The notes under the pieces are model-generated. The model saw only the letters and a list, made by a program, of their open reading frames with translations, was not told where the DNA came from and ran no database searches. Shown piece by piece: positions 49,829-60,461 of a stretch of DNA of 64,000 nucleotides. The DNA is taken from assembly GCA_963705105.1 (NCBI GenBank), contig CAVPIW010000006.1:672001-736000 (forward strand), read 5' to 3'. The translations under genes and the position numbers were made by a program. Positions within the stretch are counted from its first letter, which is position 1. Each line of letters opens with the position of its first letter. The stretch comes from an uncultured Nitrospiraceae bacterium (GTDB lineage Bacteria; Nitrospirota; Thermodesulfovibrionia; Thermodesulfovibrionales; Dissulfurispiraceae).

Positions 49829-51706
49829 ATGAACCTGCAACGACGATATCCGATCGGCGCCGAGTTGCAGCCGAACGGGGGCGTCCATTTTCGCGTCTGG
49901 GCGCCTCGACCGAAGAAATTGGAAGTGGTGCTGGAGGCTGGTCCCGGAGCGCCGGCGACGGTACGACTGAAACAGCAGGCGGACGGATACTTTGCGGGCC
50001 TGGTCCCGCAGGCCGCTGAGGGCACCCGATATCGCTTCCGGCTGGATGACGCCGGCTGTTTTCCTGACCCGGCGTCCCGGTATCAGCCGGACGGGCCCCT
50101 CGGAGCGTCTCAGGTGGTGGATCCTTCGGGTTTCGGCTGGAACGACAGCGGGTGGCAGGGCGCCGGCCTGGCGGGCCAGGTCATTTACGAAATGCACATC
50201 GGGACCTTCACGCAAGAAGGGACATGGTTGGCAGCTCAGCGGGAATTCGCAGAGTTGGCTGACTGCGGCATCACCCTGCTCGAAGTAATGCCTGTGGCTG
50301 ATTTTCCCGGCCGTTTCGGATGGGGCTACGACGGAGTCGGGCAGTTCGCTCCGGTCCGGCTGTATGGCGAGCCGGACGATTTCCGCCGTTTCGTGGATGA
50401 GGCTCATCGCGCCGGCCTGGGGGTGATACTCGACGTGGTATATAACCATTTCGGCCCGGACGGGAATTACATGAGCGAGTTTTCGCCCGACTATTTCACC
50501 GACAAGTACAAGGGTGAGTGGGGTGAGCCCGTCAACTTCGATGGCGGAAAGGCAGGTCCGGTGCGCGAATTCTTCCTCACAAACGCCGCTTACTGGATCG
50601 AGGAGTTCCACATCGACGGACTGAGGCTGGACGCCACACAGCATTTTTTCGACGCCTCGCCGGAAAACATCATGGCAGCCATCGGAAATTGCGTGCGGGA
50701 AGCGGCGCGAGGACGAAAGACGATCATCGTGGCGGAGAACGAGCCACAACTCACGAATCTGGTGCGTCCGACCGAGAGCGGCGGCTACGGGCTGGACGCT
50801 CTGTGGAACGACGACTTCCATCACAGCGCCATAGTCGCGATGACGGGGCGCAACGAAGCGTACTACGTCGACTACCTGGGCAAGCCGCAGGAGTTCATAT
50901 CGATGGTAAAGTACGGCTTTCTCTACCAGGGACAGCGATACATATGGAATAAGCAGCGCCGCGGCATACCCGGTCTCAGGCTGGCGCCGGCGAAATTCAT
51001 AACGTATATTCAGAATCACGACCAGATCGCCAATTCCGGCCGTGGCGAACGTGTGCAATTCATGACCAGCCCCGGGCGGCTGAGGGCGATGACCGCGCTC
51101 ATGCTGCTCGCGCCTGGAACCCCCATGCTCTTTCAAGGGCAGGAGTTCGCCTCGTCAAGCCCGTTCTATTATTTTGCGGACCACAAGCCTGATCTCGCCA
51201 GGCTGGTGGAGGAGGGGCGAGCGAAGTCTCTGGCGCGATTCCGTAGTCTGGCCACGGGCGAGATGCTGCCATACCTGGCCGACCCGGCGAATCCCTCTAC
51301 ATTCGAGCGGTGCAAGCTTGATTTCAGCGAGCGCGAACGCAACCGGCACATGTACGATTTGCATAAGGACCTGCTGCGTTTGCGCCGCGAAGATCCCGTC
51401 TTCAGCGCACAGAAGCCGGGCGGCGTCGATGGGGCCGTACTCGCCGACGAGTGCCTGATGCTGCGTTATTTCGGCGAGGCGGGTGACGACCGCCTGCTGC
51501 TGGTGAACTTCGGACGTGATCTGCATCTGGACCCCGCGCCGGAGCCGCTGCTCGCACCGCCGGACGGAATGATGTGGCAGACACTGTGGTCGAGCGAGGA
51601 TCCCCGGTACGGCGGCAGCGGTACACCCCCGCTCGATTCCGAAGACAACTGGCGCATACCGGGGCATGCCGCCGTAGCCGTGTATCCAACGGAGAGGGGC
51701 GAGTAA
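49829..51706 (+). CDS. treZ: Malto-oligosyltrehalose trehalohydrolase (GH13)
   Basis: FRVWAP, WGYDG, DVVYNHFG, GLRLDA, QNHDQIAN. Confidence 0.88.
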   Translation: MNLQRRYPIGAELQPNGGVHFRVWAPRPKKLEVVLEAGPGAPATVRLKQQADGYFAGLVPQAAEGTRYRFRLDDAGCFPDPASRYQPDGPLGASQVVDPSGFGWNDSGWQGAGLAGQVIYEMHIGTFTQEGTWLAAQREFAELADCGITLLEVMPVADFPGRFGWGYDGVGQFAPVRLYGEPDDFRRFVDEAHRAGLGVILDVVYNHFGPDGNYMSEFSPDYFTDKYKGEWGEPVNFDGGKAGPVREFFLTNAAYWIEEFHIDGLRLDATQHFFDASPENIMAAIGNCVREAARGRKTIIVAENEPQLTNLVRPTESGGYGLDALWNDDFHHSAIVAMTGRNEAYYVDYLGKPQEFISMVKYGFLYQGQRYIWNKQRRGIPGLRLAPAKFITYIQNHDQIANSGRGERVQFMTSPGRLRAMTALMLLAPGTPMLFQGQEFASSSPFYYFADHKPDLARLVEEGRAKSLARFRSLATGEMLPYLADPANPSTFERCKLDFSERERNRHMYDLHKDLLRLRREDPVFSAQKPGGVDGAVLADECLMLRYFGEAGDDRLLLVNFGRDLHLDPAPEPLLAPPDGMMWQTLWSSEDPRYGGSGTPPLDSEDNWRIPGHAAVAVYPTERGE

Positions 51707-51741
51707 AGCCATGGCTGACCTGATTCGAGTACCGCACCATA

Positions 51742-51789
51742 ACCTAATTGTTGCACGGACCGTCCCGCCTCTTCATGCAACTGCAAGGA
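51742..51789 (+). mobile_element. MITE-like element, copy 8 (minimal, ends only)
   Basis: ACCTAATTGTTGCA fused almost directly to CCCGCCTCTTCATGCAACTGCAAGG. Confidence 0.7.
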
Positions 51790-51812
51790 TAATGCAAAAA
51801 GGAGTCTAACTG

Positions 51813-54266
51813 ATGAACCGATTTGTTTGTATCCATGGGCACTTTTATCAACCTCCCCGGGAAAGCCCCTGGCTGGAGGCCATTGAGATCCAGGATTCGG
51901 CATTCCCCTACCACGACTGGAACGAGAGGATCACCGGAGAATGCTATGCGGCCAACGCCGTGTCGAGGATCTGGGATACGGAAGGACGAATCGCCCAACT
52001 GGTGAACAATTATGCCAGTATAAGCTTCAACTTCGGTCCGACTGTCTTGCTCTGGATGCAGCATTACGCCACCGAAGCCTATGAGGCAATTTTAGAGGGC
52101 GACCGGCAGAGCCTGGAAAAATTCTCCGGTCATGGAAATGCCTTGGCCCAAGCCTACAATCACATGATCCTGCCGCTGGCCAGCAGCCGCGACAAGAACA
52201 CCCAGATTATCTGGGGAATAAAAGATTTTGAATATCGCTTTGGACGCAAGCCGGAAGGGTTGTGGCTCCCGGAGACGGCGGTAGACCTGGAAACCCTGGA
52301 CCTCATGGCACAACACGGCATTGGCTTTGCCATACTTGCCCCCAGGCAGGCAAGCCGGGTTCGGCCCATTGATGGTAAGGAATGGCAGGACGTGAGTGGT
52401 GGAAGAATCTATCCTGCCTTAGCCTACAGGGTGTCGCTGCCGTCGGGCCGCACCATGAGCCTGTTCTTTTACGACGGTCCCATTGCCCAGGCCCTGGCAT
52501 TTGAAGGATTGCTCGACAACGGCGAGGCATTCGCCAACCGGCTGCTGTCCGCCTTCGCCGACGACTCTCCTCGCCTGGTCCACATTGCCACGGATGGCGA
52601 AAGCTATGGGCATCATCATCGCAACGGCGACATGGCCCTGGCGCACGCCCTCCATTACATTGAGTCCAACGGACTGGCGCAGGTGACGAATTATGGCCGG
52701 TACCTGGAGGATCATCCACCGGCTTTCGAAGTGGAGATCTTTGAAAACAGCTCGTGGAGCTGCGAGCACGGCATCGAACGTTGGAGGTCCGATTGCGGGT
52801 GCAACAGCGGCGGCCACCCGGGTTGGAACCAGGGTTGGCGGGCCCCCCTGCGTGCGGCCCTGGACTGGCTCCGAGATGCGGTGAATCCGGCTTTTGAACA
52901 AGTGGCCGGACAGTTTCTGACCGATCCCTGGGCGGCCCGCGACGACTACATCGACATCATCGTGGATCGATCACCCGAGCGCATCAGTGCGTTTATGACC
53001 CGTCACGCAACCCGTCCCTTAAACTCCGGGGACGAGATCACGGTCCTGAAACTCATGGAACTCCAGCGCCACTTAATGCTCATATACACCAGTTGCGGTT
53101 GGTTTTTTGACGAGCTTTCCGGGCTTGAGACGGTTCAGAACATCAAATATGCCGGCAGAGTGCTGCAGTTGGCCGACCAGCTTTTCAGCGACTCCTTCGA
53201 ACCCGCCTTTCTCGAACACCTTGAACTGGCAAAGAGCAACATATCTGAATACCGTGACGGCCGCACCATATATGAGAAATTGGTCAGGCCTGCCATGCTC
53301 GACATGAAAGACGTGGGCGCCCACTATGCCTTAAGCTCACTCTTTCAGGACGCCGGCGAAGGCGGCTCGATCTATGCGTATTCCGCCACCCGGGAGGACT
53401 ACCGCAGTTTTCAGGTCGGAGTCTCAAGGCTGGTGATCGGGCGGGCCACGGTCACTTCAGAGGTTACGCGCGTATCCTCCAGCTTGTGCTTTGGCGTTCT
53501 GCATCTTGGTGATCACAGTATCGCCTGCGGCACCGGTGAATATCAGGGCGCGCAAAAATATGAAGCGCTGGCCGAAGAGATATCAGCGGCTTTCGCCGGG
53601 GCCGACTTCCCGAAGACCATACTTCTGCTGGGTAAATACTTCGGGACGTCTACGTACTCTCTGACCTCGTTGTTTGCCGATGAGCGGCGCAGAGTCCTGA
53701 GCATCATCATGGAGCCGACTCTGAGAGAGGCCGAAGCTGCCTATAGCTCGATTTATGAGCACCATGCTCCCTTGATCCGTTTTCTGACCGGGTCCGGCAT
53801 GCCACGGCCCCCGGTCCTGTCGGTCGCCGCGGACTTGTGCCTGAATGCCAAGCTTCGCGGGGTGGTTCAAGGGGACGGACTCGACCCCGAAGTCGTCAGA
53901 CCTCTTATGGAAGAAGCCCGTTTGGCCGGCGCAACTCTGAACGCGGCTGCTCTGGGCCTGTTACTGGCCGTCAACCTTGAACGTCTGGCCGAACAACTTT
54001 CCGAGCAGCCTGACGACCTGACTCGCCTGGAGAGGCTGAATAAGGCTGCACAACTGGTCCGGACCCTGCCGTTCGGGGTTAATCTCTGGAAAACTCAGAA
54101 TATCTGCTACAAGCTCCTTCACGCCCATTGTCACGATTTCAAGGAGAAGGCCGGCCAGGGCGATCAAAACGCGCAGGAATGGCTGCGCCAGTACACGGTC
54201 CTGGCAGAGAATTTTTTGCTGCGGGTGCCCACATGCCCTGAAAACGGCAAAGCTGCAAATGGATAG
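51813..54266 (+). CDS. Glycoside hydrolase family 57 / DUF3536 protein
   Basis: IHGHFYQPPRE, WLPETA, ATDGESYGHH, TSCGWFFD. Confidence 0.9.
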   Translation: MNRFVCIHGHFYQPPRESPWLEAIEIQDSAFPYHDWNERITGECYAANAVSRIWDTEGRIAQLVNNYASISFNFGPTVLLWMQHYATEAYEAILEGDRQSLEKFSGHGNALAQAYNHMILPLASSRDKNTQIIWGIKDFEYRFGRKPEGLWLPETAVDLETLDLMAQHGIGFAILAPRQASRVRPIDGKEWQDVSGGRIYPALAYRVSLPSGRTMSLFFYDGPIAQALAFEGLLDNGEAFANRLLSAFADDSPRLVHIATDGESYGHHHRNGDMALAHALHYIESNGLAQVTNYGRYLEDHPPAFEVEIFENSSWSCEHGIERWRSDCGCNSGGHPGWNQGWRAPLRAALDWLRDAVNPAFEQVAGQFLTDPWAARDDYIDIIVDRSPERISAFMTRHATRPLNSGDEITVLKLMELQRHLMLIYTSCGWFFDELSGLETVQNIKYAGRVLQLADQLFSDSFEPAFLEHLELAKSNISEYRDGRTIYEKLVRPAMLDMKDVGAHYALSSLFQDAGEGGSIYAYSATREDYRSFQVGVSRLVIGRATVTSEVTRVSSSLCFGVLHLGDHSIACGTGEYQGAQKYEALAEEISAAFAGADFPKTILLLGKYFGTSTYSLTSLFADERRRVLSIIMEPTLREAEAAYSSIYEHHAPLIRFLTGSGMPRPPVLSVAADLCLNAKLRGVVQGDGLDPEVVRPLMEEARLAGATLNAAALGLLLAVNLERLAEQLSEQPDDLTRLERLNKAAQLVRTLPFGVNLWKTQNICYKLLHAHCHDFKEKAGQGDQNAQEWLRQYTVLAENFLLRVPTCPENGKAANG

Positions 54267-54284
54267 AAGACGGGGAAGTCTCTC

Positions 54285-57137
54285 ATGAATATGCCGACTG
54301 CGACCTATCGGATTCAATTCAATCCTGCATTCGGCTTTCAGGCCGCGCAGCCGGTCATTTCCTATCTGGCGGACCTGGGTATATCCGACCTGTACGCTTC
54401 TCCTATATTCAAAGCCGTCAAGGGCAGCCTCCACGGCTATGATGTGGTTGACCCCAATCACCTGAATCCTGAGTTGGGAGGGCTCTCTGACCTGGAGAGT
54501 CTGGCAGCGGAGTTGAAAGCGTACAACCTGGGGTGGATTCAGGATATCGTTCCGAATCATATGGCGATGGATTCGGACAATCGGCTGCTGATGGATATTA
54601 TGGAGAATGGTCCCGGTTCCCGGTACTTTCAGTTTTTCGACGTGGACTGGGATTATCCGGCCGCCAGCCTCAACAAGAGGATTCTGGCGCCATTTCTCGG
54701 CTGGTTCTATGGGGCATGTCTCGAAGATGGAGAGATCGCCCTCCAGTACGGTCCTGACGGCTTCAAGGCGGCTTATCACAACCTCTCTTTCCCGTTACGA
54801 ATCGAAACGTATCTCAATCTTTTCCACAACTTGCCCCGGCTAAAAAAGAAACTTGCCGAGGACGATTTCGACTTTATCAAGCTTTTGGGCATCCTCTACG
54901 TCTTGAAGACGCTTTCTTCCATCAATGAGGCGGAGGAGCGCAATAACCAGATAGCATTCATCAAGCGCACCCTGTGGGAACTCTACAATAGCAATGGCGT
55001 AATAAAAACGTTTGTTGATGAAAACGTGCGGACCTTCAATGGTGAAAAGGGGAAGGCCGAGAGTTTCAACCTTCTTGACGACCTTCTTTCCCAACAAGTC
55101 TTCAGGCTTTCATTTTGGAAAGTGGCCGCGGAAGAAATTAATTATCGCCGCTTTTTTTGTGTGAATGGGCTGATTTCACTAAGGGTTGAAGACGAGCACG
55201 TCCTGAACGACACGCACGGCCTGATTTTCGATCTCATTGAAAAACGAGTCGTCACCGGTGTAAGGATTGATCATGTCGACGGGCTGTACGATCCGGCAAA
55301 CTATCTGCAAAGAGTGAGAGAAAAAGTGCCTGCAAACTATATAATTGTTGAAAAAATACTCAATCTTCAGGAAGATCTTCCACCTTCCTGGCCGGTCCAG
55401 GGAACCACCGGCTATGATTTTACAAATTATGTCAATGAGTTGTTTTGCCAAAAGGAAAATGAGCGGGCATTTAACAGAATATATGCCGGAATAACGGGCT
55501 TGAAGAATTCTTATGAAGATGTCGTACGTGACAACAAAAAAATGATAATTCAGGAAGATATGGCGAGCGATGTCCACAACCTCGCCCAACTCCTGAAGAA
55601 TATCTCCAGCCGGGACCGTCATGGAAGCGACATAACCCTGAATGCGCTGCAAAGGGCCTTGACCGAAGTTCTGGCAGTGTTTCCGGTATACCGGACCTAC
55701 ATCAGCCGGGTCGTGGTCTCGGACGACGACAGGAAGTACATTTTGGCGGCGGTGAACCGGGCCGGAGCCAATTTCCCCGCCTTATTACATGGATTTACGT
55801 TCGTACGAAGATTCCTTCTCCTGGACTTTCCCGATTATGTTTCTGAGGAAGAGAAGCGGGACTGGCTCCATTTTGCCATGAGGTTTCAACAACTTACCGG
55901 GCCGGTCATGGCGAAGGGAGTGGAAGATACCACACACTATGTGTACAACCGGCTCTTGTCACTCAATGAGGTGGGCGGACGGCCGGGGCACTTCGGCTGC
56001 TCGCTCGAAGAATTCCACACCTTCAACACGAAGAAAAGAGACTTGTGGCCGTATTCTTTAAACGCGACATCGACTCACGATACCAAAAGAGGCGAAGACG
56101 CCCGCGCCAGAATTAATGTATTGTCCGAGATGCCGGACGAGTGGCTGAAGAAACTCCGGACCTGGATCAAGATAAACCAGGGCGAGAAAAAGCGCCTCCG
56201 CGGCTCAGCCGTTCCGGATAGAAACGACGAGTATTTCTTATACCAGACGCTGATTGGCGCCTGGCCGTTTTCAGATGCCGGGTATCCCGAGTTCATTGAA
56301 AGAATTAAGAGTTATATCGTCAAGGCCGTCCGGGAGGCCAAAGTCCATACGGCGTGGTTGAAACCCGACACTGAGTATGAAAACGCTTACGTCTCATTCA
56401 CCGAAAAGATACTGACACGCTCACGATCCAACGCGTTTCTGAAAGATTTCATCCCCTTTTGCAGGAGAGTTTCTCACTACGGGATACTCAACTCCCTCTC
56501 GCAGACACTGATCAAGATTACCTCACCCGGTGTGCCTGACTTCTATCAGGGATCCGAACTATGGGACCTGAGCCTGGTGGATCCGGACAATCGCAGGCCG
56601 GTGGATTTTGAAAAAAGGCGGGCCATGCTGGCCGGCATCCGCGAACAGGAGGATACTGATATCGGCCGACTGGTCCGGGATCTCCTGTCCGCGAGAGAGG
56701 ATGGCAGGATTAAACTCTTTCTCATGTATCGGGCGCTCAAGGCAAAAAAAGCGGACCGGGAGATCTTCCGTTCCGGCGCTTATCTTCCCCTTGAGTCGGC
56801 GGGAAGATTCAGGAGCCATGTGATTGCCTTTGCCTGGAGGTATCAGCGGAAATGGGCCCTGGTCATTGCCCCGAGGTTTCCCAGCCACCTGATTCAAGAG
56901 GGAGATTTTCCTCTGGGAAAACACGTATGGCAGGACACAGAGGTGATAATGCCGAACGGGGCGCCTGCTGCCTGGCGAAATACCATCACCAGCGAGGTGC
57001 TTTCTGCGGGCAGGGCATTGCCTGTCGGGGATGCATTGTTCAGTTTCCCGGTGGCGCTGCTCATGGGCGAAGGAAAGGAAGAGTATGTACCTTGTGGTCA
57101 TAGAAAGGCGGGGCGAAGCGCCTCAAAGCCTTGCTGA
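54285..57137 (+). CDS. treY: Malto-oligosyltrehalose synthase
   Basis: ATYRIQF, HGYDVVD, DIVPNHM, RIDHVDGL, THDTKRGED, LVDPDNRRPVD. Confidence 0.93.
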   Translation: MNMPTATYRIQFNPAFGFQAAQPVISYLADLGISDLYASPIFKAVKGSLHGYDVVDPNHLNPELGGLSDLESLAAELKAYNLGWIQDIVPNHMAMDSDNRLLMDIMENGPGSRYFQFFDVDWDYPAASLNKRILAPFLGWFYGACLEDGEIALQYGPDGFKAAYHNLSFPLRIETYLNLFHNLPRLKKKLAEDDFDFIKLLGILYVLKTLSSINEAEERNNQIAFIKRTLWELYNSNGVIKTFVDENVRTFNGEKGKAESFNLLDDLLSQQVFRLSFWKVAAEEINYRRFFCVNGLISLRVEDEHVLNDTHGLIFDLIEKRVVTGVRIDHVDGLYDPANYLQRVREKVPANYIIVEKILNLQEDLPPSWPVQGTTGYDFTNYVNELFCQKENERAFNRIYAGITGLKNSYEDVVRDNKKMIIQEDMASDVHNLAQLLKNISSRDRHGSDITLNALQRALTEVLAVFPVYRTYISRVVVSDDDRKYILAAVNRAGANFPALLHGFTFVRRFLLLDFPDYVSEEEKRDWLHFAMRFQQLTGPVMAKGVEDTTHYVYNRLLSLNEVGGRPGHFGCSLEEFHTFNTKKRDLWPYSLNATSTHDTKRGEDARARINVLSEMPDEWLKKLRTWIKINQGEKKRLRGSAVPDRNDEYFLYQTLIGAWPFSDAGYPEFIERIKSYIVKAVREAKVHTAWLKPDTEYENAYVSFTEKILTRSRSNAFLKDFIPFCRRVSHYGILNSLSQTLIKITSPGVPDFYQGSELWDLSLVDPDNRRPVDFEKRRAMLAGIREQEDTDIGRLVRDLLSAREDGRIKLFLMYRALKAKKADREIFRSGAYLPLESAGRFRSHVIAFAWRYQRKWALVIAPRFPSHLIQEGDFPLGKHVWQDTEVIMPNGAPAAWRNTITSEVLSAGRALPVGDALFSFPVALLMGEGKEEYVPCGHRKAGRSASKPC

Positions 57138-57300
57138 AGGCGACGATACGCCTCGTCAGGTTTGTCTTTCAGGATCCACTCTTTGTGTGATCGATCATTG
57201 GCTTGAAAGGTTGTCTTCAGTGAAGGTTAAGGTGTCGCCGCATCAAGGTTTTCGGCGCATACACCCCGCCTTTCCGGAGACCCTATTGCAACGATAAAGT
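57089..57300 (-). mobile_element. MITE-like element, copy 9 (reverse; overlaps the treY 3' end)
   Basis: GAAAGGCGGGGCGAAGCG...CCCCGCCTTTCCGG...TTGCAACGATAAAGT. Confidence 0.85.
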
Positions 57301-57405
57301 GTATAAACCACTTGAGCGGTACCGTCCCGGCGGTTTTTGACGGGTATGCCGGAACAATGCGTATCCGCCGGGCAGAGCATTTCTATGAAATTGTGGGGGG
57401 GTAAG

Positions 57406-58077
57406 ATGTCTGCAGAAGCCAAGCATGAACCATTTTTCGTCAAAGACTGTGCGCTGGTGACCATAGCGACCGGGAAGAAGGCCCAAAACCTGAAAGAACT
57501 GAGAGAGCATTTGCTGAACATCCATCTGGGGAGCATATACCATCATTTTTGGGGCGGGCTCCTGAGGCCCAGATTCGATGAGCCTGAATACAACAACGAT
57601 TTTGCCGAATGGGTTCATCGTGCCCTTCAAGACAATATCCTTGCGGAACGATTATCTGTTGTCAACCCCGATCCTTTAACAAATCTGGAATCCTTGCGCC
57701 AGGAGCTGCTCGAAGTCATCGAACAGAGGTTGGATGAGATCGAAACGGTTACCTGGGCCAAGCCCGACAGGCAGTTTCATTTTGTCCGCTCTCAAATGGT
57801 GGTTTTCGATACCCAAAGCAAAATTGAAGAGCCGGAGGAATTGGTGGAGGCTGTACCCAAAATGTCCGTGGGAAGCATATTTTATCATTTTATTGATGCG
57901 AGACGCCGCAGCCCTGAAATGATGGACGATTTCCGCACCTGGTTAAGGTCTTGCGGTGATGATGAGCTTTGCTCACACGTGGCTGCAGTGGATCCCTACT
58001 TTGAATCCCTCGTGGAATTGCGCAAGCAACTGGCGGACCTGTTCGCAAAATATTTTATTCGGGGAGTGACGGGATGA
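57406..58077 (+). CDS. DUF5752-like protein (TreT-associated)
   Basis: SIYHHF, NDFAEW, SIFYHF duplicated motifs. Confidence 0.75.
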   Translation: MSAEAKHEPFFVKDCALVTIATGKKAQNLKELREHLLNIHLGSIYHHFWGGLLRPRFDEPEYNNDFAEWVHRALQDNILAERLSVVNPDPLTNLESLRQELLEVIEQRLDEIETVTWAKPDRQFHFVRSQMVVFDTQSKIEEPEELVEAVPKMSVGSIFYHFIDARRRSPEMMDDFRTWLRSCGDDELCSHVAAVDPYFESLVELRKQLADLFAKYFIRGVTG

Positions 58078-59327
58078 CATCTATTGAAGATTATGCAGCA
58101 GTGACCGGAGAAAACGTGATCGATCGCCTCCGTCAACTTGCCAGGCCATTAAGGGGCACGAAGGTAGTGCACGTCAACTCCACGTATGTAGGTGGCGGTG
58201 TCGCGGAAATTCTGAGCAAGCTGGTGCCTCTCCAGAAAGATCTGGGCCTCGATGTGCGGTGGGAAGTAATTCGGGGTGAAGAGGCGTTTTTCCAGGTCAC
58301 CAAGGGCTTCCACAACGCCCTGCAGGGCATACCCGTCCAGATGGGGGACGGGTTTTTCAAGGTCTACGAGGAAACGGGCGCGCAAAACTCGGAAGAGCTC
58401 CGTTCGATCCTTGAAGAAGCCGACATAGTTATCATACATGATCCGCAGCCGCTGCCCCTTTTGAGGTCATGCCCGAATCGAAAGGGCAAGTGGATCTGGC
58501 GGTGTCATATCGACCTGAGCCATCCCTATCGTCCGGTGTGGCAATACTTGCGCAACTATGTCATGGAATACGATGCGAGTATTTTTTCCCTGGCGGATTT
58601 TGCCCAACCCTTGCCACACATCCAGTATCTGATGCAGCCGAGTATCGATCCTCTCAGCGAAAAGAACATGGATCTGACCCCGGATGTGGTCCATGCCGCC
58701 AAACTTCAATTCGGCCTGGACCCCGATAGACTGATAATGCTCCAGGTCTCACGCTTTGACCGGTTCAAGGATCCCTTAGGCGTCATCAGATCATATCGAC
58801 TGGTCAAGTCTTTCGCTCCGTCACTGCAATTGGTCCTCGCAGGCGGTGAAGCCACCGATGACCCCGAAGGCGCCGCGGTTCTGGCAGAGGTTCGAAATGA
58901 GGCCGGCGGAGACAAAGATGTCCACGTGCTGCTTTTGCCTCCGGATGCCCATGTCACGATTAATGCCCTGCAGCGAGGCGCGGACCTGGTGGTGCAAAAG
59001 TCTCTCAAAGAAGGATTCGGCCTCACCGTGACTGAGGCCCTGTGGAAAGGAAAACCCGTGATCGGCGGCGATGCAGGAGGCATTCGGCTTCAGATTGTGA
59101 ACCATCACACGGGTTTCCTGGTTAAGACTCCGGAGGGAGCTGCTTTGCGCGCCAGATATCTCCTGCGTCACCCCGATAAAGCCCTGGAAATGGGTCATAC
59201 AGCAAAAGAATTGGTCCGGCAAAATTTTCTGCTGACCAGAAATTTACAGGAGTATTTGAGCATTTTCGTGGCACTTATATATGGAGACCAGGAGCGGATA
59301 GAACTGCAACTGAAATCCGCACCGTGA
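58074..59327 (+). CDS. treT: Trehalose synthase, GT4 glycosyltransferase
   Basis: HVNST..GGGVAEIL, IHDPQP, WRCHID, SRFDRFKDP, EGFGLTVTEA. Confidence 0.85.
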   Translation: MTSIEDYAAVTGENVIDRLRQLARPLRGTKVVHVNSTYVGGGVAEILSKLVPLQKDLGLDVRWEVIRGEEAFFQVTKGFHNALQGIPVQMGDGFFKVYEETGAQNSEELRSILEEADIVIIHDPQPLPLLRSCPNRKGKWIWRCHIDLSHPYRPVWQYLRNYVMEYDASIFSLADFAQPLPHIQYLMQPSIDPLSEKNMDLTPDVVHAAKLQFGLDPDRLIMLQVSRFDRFKDPLGVIRSYRLVKSFAPSLQLVLAGGEATDDPEGAAVLAEVRNEAGGDKDVHVLLLPPDAHVTINALQRGADLVVQKSLKEGFGLTVTEALWKGKPVIGGDAGGIRLQIVNHHTGFLVKTPEGAALRARYLLRHPDKALEMGHTAKELVRQNFLLTRNLQEYLSIFVALIYGDQERIELQLKSAP

Positions 59328-59334
59328 CGGAGGA

Positions 59335-59620
59335 CGTGCATCAATCCACAGACGCTTGAATCGGGGATGCAAAGACCGGGCATCCAAAGAAATAAGCCCC
59401 GTTAGAGACCGACGGTCTCCAACGGGGCGCTGGTCTCGGCGTTTTCTCTTACGGGTCCAAAAAAGAATTCCTGACATGTCAGGAGACTCCTGACATATCA
59501 GAATCCGGCGCCTTTCACAGCATCATTCCCCCATCGCAGCTTTCGCTGAAGTTTCCAATGATTCCAAAGTCTTAGAGAACCCTTTCTTTCAACGCAGCTC
59601 TTAGCACGGTTTATGCTCTT
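59335..59620 (+). promoter_or_regulatory. Duplicated activator 3' end, tandem UAS palindromes and degenerate sigma54 promoter
   Basis: Paralogous to 47925-48185; TCCTGACATGTCAGGA at 59469-59484; TAGCACGGTTTATGCT at 59602-59617. Confidence 0.75.
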
Positions 59621-59662
59621 AAACAGTATGTGGCAAACGTTCAAAGAGAAAGGAGACACGTC

Positions 59663-59743
59663 ATGGACACCATACTTATAGTCATTATTTTGATTTTGAT
59701 CTTCGGCGGCGGCGGGTTCTACTGGACGAGACGGGGCCGTTAG
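59663..59743 (+). CDS. 26-aa membrane peptide (not in the ORF track)
   Basis: AAGGAG RBS; MDTILIVIILILIFGGGGFYWTRRGR*. Confidence 0.6.
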   Translation: MDTILIVIILILIFGGGGFYWTRRGR

Positions 59744-59816
59744 GCGCCCAGACGAAGTTAATGCGGCTGACGCGCCAGGGCCGTCAGTCAGATCGAGATC
59801 CTAAAGGAGGAATACG

Positions 59817-59996
59817 ATGAAATCCAGCATGAAAGACAAAGTGGAAGGCACGCTTCACGAAGCAAAGGGAAAGATCAAGGAAATGGCCGGGGACCTGACC
59901 GATAATCCAAAGTTGGAAGCCGAAGGCGCCGCAGAAAAGATAGCCGGCAAAGTTCAGAAAAAGATGGGCCAGGTCAAGAAGGTGCTGGGGAAGTAG
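59817..59996 (+). CDS. CsbD family stress protein (not in the ORF track)
   Basis: AAGGAGG RBS; MKSSMKDKVEGTLHEAKGKIKEMAGDLTDNPKLEAEG. Confidence 0.85.
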   Translation: MKSSMKDKVEGTLHEAKGKIKEMAGDLTDNPKLEAEGAAEKIAGKVQKKMGQVKKVLGK

Positions 59997-60201
59997 CGGC
60001 GAGGGACGACGTGAAATAAGGGCCCAACCGCATAAAATGGGGACAGACCGATTCCCCGAGAAACGGACATCTGCATGGGTCCTGCCGGTTATGAAACGCA
60101 GGCAACAACGTCCCGAAGTGCAGGCAGTACAGACGGCTGTTCAAAAATGCAGTTTGCAACATTTGTCGGTAATGCGGCCTACAGCCGCCAAGGAGGCAAG
60201 G

Positions 60202-60417
60202 ATGTCAATTTTAAAGAATATTATTTTTTGTTTCTTCATCTGCGTGATTATCGTTTCTTTTACCGCCTGTACAAAAGAAGGGCCTGCCGAGCGTGCAGGA
60301 AAGAAAGTAGACGAGACTGTAGACAAAACCGGGGACAAGATAAAAGAGTCGACTGAGAAAGTAGGTGACAAAATTGAGAAAACTGGAGAAAAAGTGAAGG
60401 AATCCACTAAGAAATGA
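60202..60417 (+). CDS. Small LEA-like lipoprotein
   Basis: Lipobox FTAC; EGPAERAGKKVD; Lys/Glu repeats. Confidence 0.7.
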   Translation: MSILKNIIFCFFICVIIVSFTACTKEGPAERAGKKVDETVDKTGDKIKESTEKVGDKIEKTGEKVKESTKK

Positions 60418-60461
60418 CAGGGCACAGGGATGGATTGAGAATTATGCGATGCCCTGGGATT

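Noticed and set aside
49727..51136. Long antisense ORFs (also 31468-32766, 32586-33794, 42938-43873)
   Set aside because: Shadow frames opposite well-supported genes.
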